Source of the DNA: Nitrospirota bacterium
GTDB taxonomy: Bacteria; Nitrospirota; UBA9217
Reading direction: 5' to 3'
Length of the DNA stretch: 64,000 nt
Assembly (NCBI GenBank): GCA_963796285.1
Contig: CAWCKW010000013.1
Span: 224,001-288,000, forward strand
Shown here: in pieces, positions 33,452-44,159 of the stretch
Layout: the number at the start of each line of letters is the position of its first letter
How positions within the stretch are numbered: position 1 is the first letter of the stretch
Notes under the pieces: generated by a model
What the model saw: only the letters and a program-made list of their open reading frames with translations
What the model was told of the DNA's origin: nothing
The model's database searches: none
Program-made: the position numbers and the translations under genes

Positions 33452-33783
33452 GATCGCCTCCTGATCGGTCCTTCCTGATGGTTACGTCTGCTTCCGGTCC
33501 TTCTGTTCCACATCCCGCGCAAATGTAGCAAAACAAAGGGTACTTGTCAACCCTGAAACAGGCGCCGGGCCGATTCAATGGGGAACGCCGGTTTATTCAT
33601 TTTTTCAGACCGGTTGTCCGGATTTGTCATCCGGCCCCTGTGTCAATCTTGGATCGCCGTGTACAACGCGCGCGACTGAACAAAAATCGGTTGACACCTT
33701 CCGTCTAACACGCTATTATTTGCAGGCTACCAGCGCGGCAGTGCTGAGCGGGCATCCATTCTTTTTTTATAAGGGAGACCGGT

Positions 33784-34260
33784 ATGAACACCTATTCGAT
33801 CGATGAAATCATTGAGATGGCGATCCGGACGGAAACGCTCGGGTATCAATTCTACACCACTATGGCAGATAAGTTCAAGAAGGACGAAGGCCTTGCCAAG
33901 CTTTTTACCACCCTGGCTTCGAAGGAAAAGGTTCATGAGAAGGTCTTTACCGAACTGAAGACGATGGTCGCGAAGAAAGGGGCCGAGCCGGTCGAGTGGG
34001 AAGAGGTGAGCAATTACATGCGGGCCTTTGTCGAATCTGAATTTTTCCTCGGCAAGGGCAAGGCCCTTCCGGCCATGGACCATGTAAAGACCGTGCAGGA
34101 TGCAGCAAAATTCGCGATGGGGTTCGAAAAAGAGACGCTGCTCTACTTCCATGAGCTGCGGGACATCGTGAGAGAGAAAGAGATCGTCGACCAGGTCATC
34201 AACGAGGAAAAAAGCCACATCCGCTGGCTCGGTGCGTTCCTGGAGGGTCTGGGGAAATAA
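33784..34260 (+). CDS. Ferritin-like / rubrerythrin family protein
   Basis: Two ExxH diiron motifs (EKVH, EKSH). Confidence 0.88.
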   Translation: MNTYSIDEIIEMAIRTETLGYQFYTTMADKFKKDEGLAKLFTTLASKEKVHEKVFTELKTMVAKKGAEPVEWEEVSNYMRAFVESEFFLGKGKALPAMDHVKTVQDAAKFAMGFEKETLLYFHELRDIVREKEIVDQVINEEKSHIRWLGAFLEGLGK

Positions 34261-34471
34261 CAAACGGATCTAACCGTCGACATCCACCCCGGGGACACGG
34301 AGAAAAGCACGCTGAAGCTGACGGGTTTCTGCTCCGTGCCCTCCGCGCCTCCGGGGTGAAAACCCGCATTTAAGTGCTCATCATAAATTGACTTTCACCG
34401 CCCTTTCGGTTACAATTCCGCTCGTTCTGCTTTGCTGTTCCATCTATTTTTTTACTTCTGGAGGACATGCT

Positions 34472-36031
34472 GTGGCCAAAGTAACGCGCGCGCTGATCAG
34501 TGTTTCGCACAAGGAAGGCATCCTCGATTTTGCGAAGGGGATCGAAAAACTCGGCATTGAGATACTGTCCACGGGCGGAACGGCAAAGATGCTCCGCGAT
34601 GCCGGGGTCAAGGTCAAGGACGTATCGGAGTTCACGGGGTTCCCCGAGATGCTCGACGGCAGGGTCAAGACCCTGCACCCCAAAGTGCATGGAGGGATCC
34701 TCGGCAGGCGCGGCAATCCCGAACATGTAAAACAGATGAACCAGCACGGCATCGAGCCCATCGACCTGGTGGTCGTGAACCTCTACCCCTTTGAGCAGAC
34801 CGTTGCCAAACCCGGTTGTACGCTCGAGGACGCGATCGAGAACATCGACATCGGCGGCCCGACCATGCTGCGTTCCGCTGCCAAGAACTATACTGACGTA
34901 GCCGTGGTCGTGTCGCCCCGTGACTACGACCGCGTGCTCGACGAGCTCCGGAAGCACGGCGAGGTGTCCGCGAAAACGCGCTTCGAACTCTGCCGAACCG
35001 TTTTCCTCCACACCGCACGCTACGACAGCGCGATCTCGGCCTGGCTCGACAGCCAGGTCCCGACGGACGAGAAGACCCGCTTCCCCAACATCCTCACGCT
35101 CCAGTTTGAGAAGGTGCAGAACCTGCGCTATGGCGAGAACCCGCACCAGCAGGGCGCCTTCTACAGGGAATTCGGGCGCAGGGAGCCGAGCGTTGCTCAC
35201 GCAAGGCAGCTGCAGGGAAAAGAAATGTCCTTCAACAACTTCCTCGATGCCAACAGCGCGCTCGAACTTGCGAAAGAGTATGATCGGCCAGCCGCGATCA
35301 TTGTAAAGCACAACAACCCCTGCGGCGCGGCCACGGCAGCAACGCCCGTGGAGGCCTATCGCAACGCGCGTGACTGCGACCCGGTCTCGGCCTTCGGCGG
35401 CGTGATCGCCTTTAACCGCATGGTTGACCTGGATGCCGCCAAAGAGATCGCGGCCACGTTCGTGGAAGTCGTGGTGGCGCCCGAATACGCGCCTGATGCG
35501 CTCGAAGAGCTCAAAAGGAAAAAGGACCTGCGGCTCCTCGACATCGGGCCCACGGTGACAGGCGCTCCCGAAGGTATGGACATGAAAAAAATCGTCGGCG
35601 GGCTTATCTATCAGGACCGCGACCTCGGCCGGATCGCCGACGTCAGGAAGCTGACCGTTGCGACCGCGCGGAAACCCACGGATGACGAATACGAGGCGCT
35701 CGCCTTCGCCTGGCGGGTCTGCAAACACGTAAAGTCGAATGCCATCGTCTTTACTACGAAAGACCGGACCATCGGCATCGGGGCCGGCCAGATGAGCCGT
35801 CTTGATTCGGTGCGTATCGCTGTGATGAAGGCGCGATTCCCGCTCAAGGGGACCGTGCTCGCGTCTGATGCCTTCTTCCCCTTCCGCGACGGACTCGATG
35901 AGGCCGCGAAGGCCGGCATAACTGCGGTAATCCAGCCCGGCGGGTCGCTCAAGGACGAAGAGGTGATCAAAGCGGCGGATGAACATGGCATTGCCATGGT
36001 CATGACGGGGATGCGGCATTTCAGGCATTGA
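34472..36031 (+). CDS. purH: Bifunctional AICAR transformylase/IMP cyclohydrolase
   Basis: GRVKTLHP, LRYGENPHQ, ASDAFFPF, RHFRH. Confidence 0.99.
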   Translation: MAKVTRALISVSHKEGILDFAKGIEKLGIEILSTGGTAKMLRDAGVKVKDVSEFTGFPEMLDGRVKTLHPKVHGGILGRRGNPEHVKQMNQHGIEPIDLVVVNLYPFEQTVAKPGCTLEDAIENIDIGGPTMLRSAAKNYTDVAVVVSPRDYDRVLDELRKHGEVSAKTRFELCRTVFLHTARYDSAISAWLDSQVPTDEKTRFPNILTLQFEKVQNLRYGENPHQQGAFYREFGRREPSVAHARQLQGKEMSFNNFLDANSALELAKEYDRPAAIIVKHNNPCGAATAATPVEAYRNARDCDPVSAFGGVIAFNRMVDLDAAKEIAATFVEVVVAPEYAPDALEELKRKKDLRLLDIGPTVTGAPEGMDMKKIVGGLIYQDRDLGRIADVRKLTVATARKPTDDEYEALAFAWRVCKHVKSNAIVFTTKDRTIGIGAGQMSRLDSVRIAVMKARFPLKGTVLASDAFFPFRDGLDEAAKAGITAVIQPGGSLKDEEVIKAADEHGIAMVMTGMRHFRH

Positions 36032-36327
36032 TCTAAAAAAAAGGATGCGATCCTTCTCACTCGGGGAGAAACAGTCAACTTCTTTGACCCCGAGTTACCC
36101 CGGGTGGGTAAAGCGCGATTACGGGGTGAATCCGGATTTGATTATGGAGGATCACGTTTTTCATCATTTAATCCCGTTGGAAATATCGCAGTACAGTCCT
36201 CGATGTGCATCGCACGGTTCAGCCTGCTGTCGGAAGCATCTGAAAGGGGTCAATCCACCCCTATCCACGTCAAGGACTGAGACTTGGATTCATTTCTTCC
36301 GGCTTACTCGGGTTAGGTGAAGTGCTC

Positions 36328-36900
36328 ATGAAAAAAGCATTTATCATGGCTGCCCTCTGCTTATTCCTTCTTACATGTGGATGCCGGAAAACAGGGACAC
36401 GGAAGGCCCCTCATGTTCCCGTGGCAACAGAACCGGCAATGCAGCATGGAGAATTGCAGTCGCCGTATTACTCGGGTCTCATCGAAGAATACCGAAGGAT
36501 CCTTGCGGAAGATCCGAACAGCCTCGCGGCGATCACCGCCCTCGGCAATGCCTACTTCGATAACGGTCAGTGGAAAGATGCGATCACGATATACGAACAT
36601 GCACTCCTCATCAACCCGGGGGACGCGGACGTGCGAACAGACCTGGGGACGGCCTACCGGAATATTGGAATGGCGGACCGCGCGCTTGCCGAATACCGTA
36701 TTGCGCTCAAACATGATCCCGGACACTTAAATGCGCGATACAACACAGGGGTCGTTTATGCCATGAATAAAAAAAATTACAGGGAAGCGATCCGCATTTG
36801 GGAAGATCTTCTGAAAATCGCTCCGAATTATCCCCAGGCTGAACAGATGAGGTCCATGATCATGACCTTTAACAAAGCACCCAAGAAGGATATCCGATGA
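36328..36900 (+). CDS. TPR-repeat exported protein (possible lipoprotein)
   Basis: Signal peptide ending LTCGC; several TPR repeats. Confidence 0.85.
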   Translation: MKKAFIMAALCLFLLTCGCRKTGTRKAPHVPVATEPAMQHGELQSPYYSGLIEEYRRILAEDPNSLAAITALGNAYFDNGQWKDAITIYEHALLINPGDADVRTDLGTAYRNIGMADRALAEYRIALKHDPGHLNARYNTGVVYAMNKKNYREAIRIWEDLLKIAPNYPQAEQMRSMIMTFNKAPKKDIR

Positions 36901-37160
36901 TCCGCTTTTTATTGTTTTTTTTCGTCATTTTGTTGATCTATTCCGCGCTCAAGACCGTGGTCCGGTCAGCGGTCAAAGGTTACCGCGAGGATGAAAAAGG
37001 GCGAAGCAAGCGTATCCTGGGTGATGAAATGGTGCTGGACCCCGAGTGTCATACCTATGTGGTAAAGGACCGCGCAGTGACCCGGCACATCCGGGGCACG
37101 CTCACCCACTTCTGCAGCGACGCCTGCGCCCGGCAGTATGAGGACAAGAACCGCTCGTGA
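36897..37160 (+). CDS. Membrane protein with YHS/TRASH-like domain
   Basis: TM helix, MVLDPECHTYV, HFCSDAC. Confidence 0.8.
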   Translation: MIRFLLFFFVILLIYSALKTVVRSAVKGYREDEKGRSKRILGDEMVLDPECHTYVVKDRAVTRHIRGTLTHFCSDACARQYEDKNRS

Positions 37161-37174
37161 TCACGGGTGCATGA

Positions 37175-37804
37175 ATGGTCCCTATGCTAAGGAATAGTAG
37201 TTTTACTCTCAGGCTCCTTGCCGCGTTTCTGCTGCTCAGCTGTATTTCTCCGGCTCCTGAGACGCCGACCGGAAAAAGAAACTCCCAGGCGTCCCTGCTC
37301 TCGTCGATCACCGGTGTGCTCAAACTCGTTATCAGGAAATCCCGGTATTCCGTAACCCTGTATAAAGGCGAGATGCCCGTGAAAACGTATCGGGCGGTAT
37401 TCGGCAAGGGCTACCCAAACGGTGATAAACAAATGCAAGGTGACCAGCGGACGCCGGAAGGAGAGTTCTACATCTGCGCCATGAACGACAGCAAGCGGTT
37501 CTATAAGTTCATGGGACTCAGCTACCCGGGTTTGAAACACGCGGGGGCCGGACTCCGGTCCGGGATGATCTCTCCCCATGAATATGCGATGATCAAGAAG
37601 GCGATCGAGGAACGGCTGCCGCCACCGTGGGGTACGCGGCTCGGCGGGGCCGTGGGGATCCACGGGAGAACGGTGGAAACCGGGAACGCGCAGACGTCTG
37701 TCGGCAAAAACTGGACCGACGGCTGCATCGCCCTTGCCAATGCCGATATTGACGAGATCTATGCGGCAGTGTCCATCGGCACGCCGGTGACGATCCTGCC
37801 ATGA
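37175..37804 (+). CDS. L,D-transpeptidase (YkuD family)
   Basis: GDQRTPEG, GIHG..WTDGCIAL. Confidence 0.9.
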   Translation: MVPMLRNSSFTLRLLAAFLLLSCISPAPETPTGKRNSQASLLSSITGVLKLVIRKSRYSVTLYKGEMPVKTYRAVFGKGYPNGDKQMQGDQRTPEGEFYICAMNDSKRFYKFMGLSYPGLKHAGAGLRSGMISPHEYAMIKKAIEERLPPPWGTRLGGAVGIHGRTVETGNAQTSVGKNWTDGCIALANADIDEIYAAVSIGTPVTILP

Positions 37805-39054
37805 AACAGACCCAACCTGAACCCGGCCGCCGTTACCCCCTTCTCGAAAAGTATCGAAAGGAAATGTCCCGCTGCGTCAAGTGCGGTTCCTGTAGCGCCG
37901 TCTGTCCATCGTACCTGCACGAACGCGATGAGTCGTTCTCGGCCCGCGGCAGGATGACGCTCATCAAAGCGGTATTGGATGGACGGCTCTCCTTCTCCGG
38001 GATCATCAAAGACCGCCTGAAAACGTGCACAAACTGTCTGGCCTGTGAAGCCTCTTGCCCGAGCAATGTGCCCGTGACGGATATCATCCAGGCTGCTAAA
38101 GAACAGGCGGTAGCCGAATCAGGCATTGGGATGCTCAACAGCGTAATCGCCACACTGATGAAGCAGCCTGCCTTGTTTCGCGCCGCTGCGTGGCTGGCGC
38201 CGGCTGTGCTTCATTACTCAAAAAATCAGGGGTCACGAGGAGCGCGCGAACGCTCAATGTTCAACGTTCAACGTCCAAAGGAAACCCGGAGGAGAGGCAG
38301 GGTTGCTTTTTTCCCCGGGTGCGCGGTTGACTATTTTCAGCCGGACATTGGTAAGGCGGTGATTGGCGTCCTGAGCGCGATCGGATACGACGTGATCGTG
38401 CCAGAAGGCCTCAAGTGCTGCGGCAGACCGCTTCTGTCGCTCGGCGACCGACGAGGGGCGGAAGAGCTTGCTGCATACAACGCCGCGCTCTTTGAAGCCC
38501 TTGAGGTGGACACGATCGTCACCGCCTGCGCCTCCTGCGGCTTGACTTTTAAAAAGGAATATCCTTCACTTCTCCGGCCCGGCGCGAAGACGCCGGTCGT
38601 GCTCGATATCAATGAATTTCTGTCTGGCCGGATCGCAGGGATCGATCTTAACCCGGTACGTAAAAGCGTAACGATCCACGACCCGTGCCACCTCGGCAGA
38701 GGTCAGGGTCTGTCGCGGACGGTGCGGAACCTGCTTCAGGCCATCCCCGGCATTTCTCTCGTGGAGATGAAGGATGCGGACCGCTGCTGCGGATTCGGCG
38801 GGGTGATGCGGGTAACCCATAGGGCGCTCTCCGATGGTATTGCAGCGGACAAGGTAAATAATATTATTGCGACCCGCGCTGCTGTGGTTGCCACGGGCTG
38901 TCCCGGTTGTTGCATGCAGATCGCAGATGCGCTGAGGCGACAGGGTTCCGAAATCGAAGTGCTACACCCGGTGCAGCTGTTGGAAGAAGCCCTTTCGAGT
39001 GCGGAATTGGAATCGACTGGGCCGCGGATCAAGGAACCAGGGTCCGGGAAATAA
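37801..39054 (+). CDS. GlcF-like Fe-S protein (2x[4Fe-4S] plus two CCG domains)
   Basis: CVKCGSCSAVCP, CTNCLACEASCP, CCG, HDPCH, CCGFGG. Confidence 0.9.
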   Translation: MKQTQPEPGRRYPLLEKYRKEMSRCVKCGSCSAVCPSYLHERDESFSARGRMTLIKAVLDGRLSFSGIIKDRLKTCTNCLACEASCPSNVPVTDIIQAAKEQAVAESGIGMLNSVIATLMKQPALFRAAAWLAPAVLHYSKNQGSRGARERSMFNVQRPKETRRRGRVAFFPGCAVDYFQPDIGKAVIGVLSAIGYDVIVPEGLKCCGRPLLSLGDRRGAEELAAYNAALFEALEVDTIVTACASCGLTFKKEYPSLLRPGAKTPVVLDINEFLSGRIAGIDLNPVRKSVTIHDPCHLGRGQGLSRTVRNLLQAIPGISLVEMKDADRCCGFGGVMRVTHRALSDGIAADKVNNIIATRAAVVATGCPGCCMQIADALRRQGSEIEVLHPVQLLEEALSSAELESTGPRIKEPGSGK

Positions 39055-39102
39055 CGAACAAGAAGGGACAGCTCATTAAATTTTGTATCGAAACAGCGAA
39101 CA

Positions 39103-39192
39103 TACGGGATCCGCGAGGCAGCAAGCCTCGGCGTAGTTGATGGAGTGACCACCAAGCCCTCAGCTTATTGCCAAAGAGGGCAGGGGCTTCAA
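39103..39192 (-). mobile_element. Probable IS200/IS605-derived end remnant (hairpins only)
   Basis: Minus strand GAAGCCCCTGCCCTC...GAGGGCTTGGTGGTCAC and AACTACGCCGAGGCTTGCTGCCTCGCGG resemble IS605-type end hairpins. Confidence 0.45.
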
Positions 39193-39196
39193 ATAG

Positions 39197-39282
39197 GTGA
39201 TCGATAAGTGGTGACGCATCCGCTCACGGACAGCGGCATCGAGAAGTTCCTGGCGGACTGGAAAAAGCTGGAGAAGAAGTAG
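39197..39282 (+). pseudogene. 3' fragment of transaldolase/FSA gene
   Basis: VTHPLTDSGIEKFLADWKKLEKK* matches the HPLTDxGxxxFLxDW C-terminal motif. Confidence 0.75.
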
Positions 39283-39378
39283 AATTATTTTGCCACGGAT
39301 GGACGCGGATAAAAGCACCTCATTTTTTTCTTGATCGGACTTTAGCCGTGTTCACCTGTGGTCAGAGAAAGGCCTACT

Positions 39379-39606
39379 ATGCCTATCTACGAATATCACT
39401 GCAACGCCTGCGGCGCTGAATTCGAAAAGCTTGTCTTCGGGTCGACCGCGGAGGTCTCATGCGAGACGTGCGGGTCGAAGAACACGGGCAAGCTCTTGTC
39501 GCGCTTCGGCATGGGCAGGTCCTCGGGCGGGTCTTCGGCAGGCGCAACGAGCGGCAGCTCGGGTTGCGGCGGCTGTTCATCGTCGTCCTGTGCGGGCTGC
39601 AAATGA
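39379..39606 (+). CDS. FmdB family zinc-ribbon protein
   Basis: MPIYEYHCNACG..FE..CETCGS. Confidence 0.9.
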   Translation: MPIYEYHCNACGAEFEKLVFGSTAEVSCETCGSKNTGKLLSRFGMGRSSGGSSAGATSGSSGCGGCSSSSCAGCK

Positions 39607-39813
39607 TCGCATCACGGACCCTGGGAGGTTGGTACACGACGTTAGCCACCCCCTAGTGATATGAAACGCATTGCACGGAATCCGGTGTTGACCCGCAAGT
39701 ACCCGAAAAAATTACATTCAGCTGTTAATTTTTGTATTGACGAGGAGGGTATCGAAGGGGTACCATGTTCTCACCTGTCGTTCAGGTATTTTATCGTTTC
39801 TAAAAAAGAATTC

Positions 39814-40500
39814 ATGTCATTTATATTATTTCTTGCAGCCGGATTCATACTTGTCCCTTCTTTTGCCTTCGCATGGGGTCCCATGACCCATATGTATCTC
39901 GGCAATGAAATCCTTTCGTGCGCTCCTTTATTACCCGCAGGAATACTGGCACTCCTCAAAAAGCATAAACAGGATTTTCTGTACGGCAATCTCATGGCCG
40001 ACATGATCCTCGGGAAGAAATACCTGCCCGAGGACAAGAGCTCGCACTCCTGGGATGTCGGGCTGAAGCTCCTGGACCAGGCAAAGACCTGGCCCGAGCG
40101 GGCATTTGCCTACGGCTTCCTGGGGCACCTTGCCGCCGACACCGTGGCGCATGAAACCCTCACGGATGAGATGGGAAATATGGGGCATACGTGGATCGAG
40201 TTGAAAGCGGACAGCCTCATCGACAAGACCTACTGGCTCCAGACCGTCATGATCAGCAAAAAGGTCAAGAAGCGGAGCCACTTGCTGCTCGAGAATTCCC
40301 TGGACCGCTACATGTTCTCCTTCAATACCAACAAGCGGATCTACAAGAGCATGGTGTTCCTCTCGTTCCTGAACAAGAAGAGAAGAAGCGGCGTTGACAG
40401 GGCACTTATCCATGAACTCCACGAAGAGTCCCTTGCGCGCATGCTCGACCTGCTCCAGAACGGCACCGAGTCCGAGGTGCTGAACAAGAACCCGCTCTGA
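39814..40500 (+). CDS. Zinc-dependent phospholipase C family protein
   Basis: Signal peptide, AWGPMTH, GNLMAD, HLAADTVAH, HTWIE. Confidence 0.85.
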   Translation: MSFILFLAAGFILVPSFAFAWGPMTHMYLGNEILSCAPLLPAGILALLKKHKQDFLYGNLMADMILGKKYLPEDKSSHSWDVGLKLLDQAKTWPERAFAYGFLGHLAADTVAHETLTDEMGNMGHTWIELKADSLIDKTYWLQTVMISKKVKKRSHLLLENSLDRYMFSFNTNKRIYKSMVFLSFLNKKRRSGVDRALIHELHEESLARMLDLLQNGTESEVLNKNPL

Positions 40501-40596
40501 CCGCGCGCAGAACTCCGCATTCGATCCTTTTCGTTACGCGTTTATTCTTCTATCATGTCAGTATCGATCTGCTATCAAGCCGAAGGAGAGGCACGT

Positions 40597-41079
40597 ATGG
40601 ACATGACTACCGTAACGGTTGATATTCCTGAAGGCTGCAACATCATCCTCGGTCAGACTCACTTTATCAAAACCGCAGAAGACCTGTACGAGATCATCGC
40701 GACGACCGTCCCTCAGGCAAAGTTCGGCATTGCTTTTACCGAAGCGTCCGGCCCCTGCCTCATCCGCACCGAAGGGAACGACGAGGAACTCATTACCGCC
40801 TGCGTGAAAACACTTCAGTCCGTCGGCGCTGGCCACGTATTCTGCATCTATCTCAAGAACGCCTTCCCCGTCAACATCCTCACGCCGATCAAGAACTGTC
40901 CCGAGGTCTGCCGTATCTTCTGCGCCACGGCGAACCCCCTCGAAGTAGTGGTTGCGACAACAGCCCAGGGCAAGGGCATCCTCGGCGTGATCGATGGTTT
41001 CTCACCGAAAGGCGTGGAGGCACCGGCTGACAGGGCGCAGCGGAAAGAATTCCTGCGGAAGATCGGGTACAAGCTGTGA
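40597..41079 (+). CDS. Adenosine-specific kinase (DUF355)
   Basis: GQTHFIKT, FTEASGPCL, IFCATANP, LRKIGYK. Confidence 0.9.
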   Translation: MDMTTVTVDIPEGCNIILGQTHFIKTAEDLYEIIATTVPQAKFGIAFTEASGPCLIRTEGNDEELITACVKTLQSVGAGHVFCIYLKNAFPVNILTPIKNCPEVCRIFCATANPLEVVVATTAQGKGILGVIDGFSPKGVEAPADRAQRKEFLRKIGYKL

Positions 41080-41273
41080 TATTAAATAAAAACCTGCAAT
41101 GTCCTGCGAAGGGTTTCATCGCGCCTTTTAGCATAATACATCCTGCTTGGATGCGTCTCTTGATGTAAAAACCCGCTTGATTAATTCCGCCAAAGGCGGT
41201 AAACTGCATGGACTTAAATCATGATTCACCAGACGATGGCCTGAATCAAATCAAATAAATAGGGAGCAAAAAA

Positions 41274-42050
41274 ATGAAACGATTTTCTGGATTTGCTGCA
41301 TTATGTGTAGTTATCGCCATGTTGGCCTTTTCCGCTGTCTCTGCTTTGGCTATCACGGATAAACCTTCACCAATGCCGACGCCGGAGGTGAAAGCGACAA
41401 AAGCACAAACTGCTTCCGATACCTCTTCCCTTTCGGGAAAGGTTGTGGAAACAATGAATTCCGGCGGGTACACCTACGTCCGCCTTGAGAAAAAAGGAAA
41501 GAAGACGTGGGTAGCTGTACCGCAGATGAAGGTCTCAGTGGGTCAGCAGATGTCATTACAGCCTGGCCAGGAGATGGTAAATTTTACGAGCAAATCGCTC
41601 GGCAGGACGTTCGACTCGATCATCTTCTCAGGCGGTCCAACATCAGCTTCGCAGTCCGCGAGCAGCAATGAGAAGGGAGTCAAGAAGGCCGCAGGTAGCA
41701 AGGCGGCCTCTCCCCCTGCCAAGGACATAAAGGTGGCAAAGGCAACGGGTCCGGACGCTTATACTGTCGGTGAAATATTCGAGAAACGAACCGCATTGCA
41801 TGAAAAAACCGCCGTGGTCAAGGGGAAGGTTGTAAAGGTATCCGCCGGGATCATGGGAAAGAACTGGATCCATCTGCAGGACGGTACCGGAGATCCGAAA
41901 CAGGGCACCAACGACCTGGTGGCCACCTCCAATGACAGCCCCTCCCTGGGAGATGTTATAACGGTCAAGGGTACTATCTTTAAGGACAAGGACTTCGGGG
42001 CCGGCTATAAGTATTCCGTGATAATGGAAAAGGCGAGTATTCAACGCTGA
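41274..42050 (+). CDS. Exported protein with two OB-fold-like domains (NrfJ-like N-domain)
   Basis: Signal peptide; GKVVETMNSGGYTY..WVAVP; IMGKNWIHLQDGTG..DKDFGAGY. Confidence 0.75.
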   Translation: MKRFSGFAALCVVIAMLAFSAVSALAITDKPSPMPTPEVKATKAQTASDTSSLSGKVVETMNSGGYTYVRLEKKGKKTWVAVPQMKVSVGQQMSLQPGQEMVNFTSKSLGRTFDSIIFSGGPTSASQSASSNEKGVKKAAGSKAASPPAKDIKVAKATGPDAYTVGEIFEKRTALHEKTAVVKGKVVKVSAGIMGKNWIHLQDGTGDPKQGTNDLVATSNDSPSLGDVITVKGTIFKDKDFGAGYKYSVIMEKASIQR

Positions 42051-42076
42051 CCCCGGGGATAAGAAGATAATATCCA

Positions 42077-42108
42077 AAAGCCCCGTGCCGTGCGCGGGGC
42101 TTTTTTTT
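42077..42108 (+). terminator. Rho-independent terminator
   Basis: aaagccccgtgc-cgt-gcgcggggctttttttt. Confidence 0.8.
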
Positions 42109-42197
42109 CCACTTGTATCTTTACTTTTATTCTGTAATCGTGCATAATTCGCCCACACTTTAGCTGCTCATCAAGTTGACGATTGCAAGGAGGATCC

Positions 42198-43859
42198 ATG
42201 GCATCAGTGAACAGATTACCCAGGTCGCCCTGGCGGGCGATGATCGACGGCGCATTTTACGCCAATTCGGTGCGCAAGACCACCATGGCGGAGCTCTATA
42301 AACTGGCGATCAAACAGCCCGAGGTAATGGCGACAGCCCATCCCTTTTACAAGCCGTCCCAGTTCGGACTGCCGAAGGACGCTAAGGTGCTTATTTCGAA
42401 CGATGGCGGCATTGTTGGCAGGACGGCTCGAGCCCGCAGACTCGTACGCGAGATGGGCAAGGACCGGGACAAGTACCTTCGCATCCTGGGCGAGGTAACC
42501 TATCAGCTGACCAAGCGGGAGTGCCTGTGGCTCGAAGCGACAGTAGGGCTGCACAAGGATTTCATGGTGAAGGCGCACTTACTCAGCCCTGCCACGGATG
42601 CCAAGAACATGCTCGACTGGGGCGTCAATTTCGCGCCCTGGATGAAGCCCTGGAGTGAAGCCTATAAAAAATCGAAGAAGCTCGATGAGCCGGACATCCT
42701 GGTGCTGGCCGATCCCGAGTGGACGGACCCCGAGTTCCCGAACGGGCTCGTGATCATTGACGAGGAGGAAAACTGCATCGCCATCCTCGGTCTCCGGTAT
42801 TTCGGCGAACGCAAAAAGGGGACCCTGACCCTGGCCTGGACCATCGGTGTGCGCCAGAACATGGTGGCCTGCCACGGCGGCATCAAGACCATCGGCAACC
42901 ATCCTCCGGTCGCGGTGTTCGGTCTCTCCGGCTCCGGCAAGTCGTCCATCACGAACAGCCACGACCACGGCGGCACGCTCAAGAAGAGCGAGAAAGTCAC
43001 CGTGATCCATGACGACGCGTTCCTCATCGCATTGGATGAAAACCTCACCGTCGCGCTCGAACCGAGCCTCTTTGACAAAACCGACGCGGTCCAGTTCCGG
43101 GACCCCCTCATCAAGTATTTCTACTCCGCCCAGAATGTGTCGGTAACCGATCTCGGCAACGGGAAACGCGAGATGGTGTGCGAGGACATCAGGAATGACA
43201 ACGGCCGGTGCATCAAGTCCCGCGACATGTTCAATATCGCCGATTCCTGCGCCAGGCCGAAGCAGCTCATCTGGCTTCAGAAAGACCAGTCCCTGCCGCC
43301 GGTCATGAAGGTCTCGGATATCGGTCTCTCGGTGGCTATGGGCGCTTCGCTCAGTACGCTCCGCGCCAAGGGCGTGGAGAACGTGCCGAGGGAAGAACTG
43401 TCCAGGCTCGTGATCGAGCCTTTTGCCAATCCCTTCCGAGTCCATCCGCTCCTGGAGGATTGCCGCCAGTTCCTGAAGCTTTTCAAGCTCGGAACCGAGT
43501 GCTACATCATGAACACGGGTCACTTCGGCATACCCGGTGATGAGACCAAGGTCCCGAAGGAGCTGTCACTCAACATTGTGACCCAGATGGTGCGCGGCAC
43601 GATCGAGTGGCGCGAGTGGAAGTCCTTCCCGGGCCTTCTGCTTCCTGCAAACGGTGCCGATATTTTCGGCGAAGATTTTGACAAGAAATTCAAACCTTCG
43701 ACGAACCCCGAGTATCTCCAGTTCCTCCGTAACCGGATGCAGGACCGCATCACCTTCCTGTCGAACAAGCGCGATCTCGAAATGGACATGGACAGTGCGT
43801 TCATCGATCCGCTCGTAGCAGCACGGACCGTGATCGACCGGAGATTGAGTCCGATATAA
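42198..43859 (+). CDS. Phosphoenolpyruvate carboxykinase (ATP) family, divergent
   Basis: YFGERKKG, CHGG, GLSGSGKS, IHDD, NGR, NPFR, MNTG. Confidence 0.85.
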   Translation: MASVNRLPRSPWRAMIDGAFYANSVRKTTMAELYKLAIKQPEVMATAHPFYKPSQFGLPKDAKVLISNDGGIVGRTARARRLVREMGKDRDKYLRILGEVTYQLTKRECLWLEATVGLHKDFMVKAHLLSPATDAKNMLDWGVNFAPWMKPWSEAYKKSKKLDEPDILVLADPEWTDPEFPNGLVIIDEEENCIAILGLRYFGERKKGTLTLAWTIGVRQNMVACHGGIKTIGNHPPVAVFGLSGSGKSSITNSHDHGGTLKKSEKVTVIHDDAFLIALDENLTVALEPSLFDKTDAVQFRDPLIKYFYSAQNVSVTDLGNGKREMVCEDIRNDNGRCIKSRDMFNIADSCARPKQLIWLQKDQSLPPVMKVSDIGLSVAMGASLSTLRAKGVENVPREELSRLVIEPFANPFRVHPLLEDCRQFLKLFKLGTECYIMNTGHFGIPGDETKVPKELSLNIVTQMVRGTIEWREWKSFPGLLLPANGADIFGEDFDKKFKPSTNPEYLQFLRNRMQDRITFLSNKRDLEMDMDSAFIDPLVAARTVIDRRLSPI

Positions 43860-44159
43860 GACCTGTTTGCCACGGCGTACCTGCACGCAGGCCGCAGGCA
43901 GAAAACAAGAAGAGTACAGATAAAGCTACGCGGCCGGAGAATATAATTCTCCGGCCTTTCCATTTGCCACTTCTTTGCTTAAGTTGCATCTTTTCAAAAA
44001 ACCGCTTTTTATTGGGGCCTCGTACTTTAGCTGTACCCATCCTGACTCATCCCCCTTCCCCCTGTGCTATCATTAAAGTACTGCTAATAATTGTCTGACC
44101 GAAATGACACGAAGTGGCATGAGAGACAATTCATCAACCCGTTCGAGAGGGAGGTTGCC

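Noticed and set aside
39103-39192. HEARO/omega RNA
   Set aside because: Only about 90 bp of end-like hairpins; no iscB or tnpB and no extended structure.
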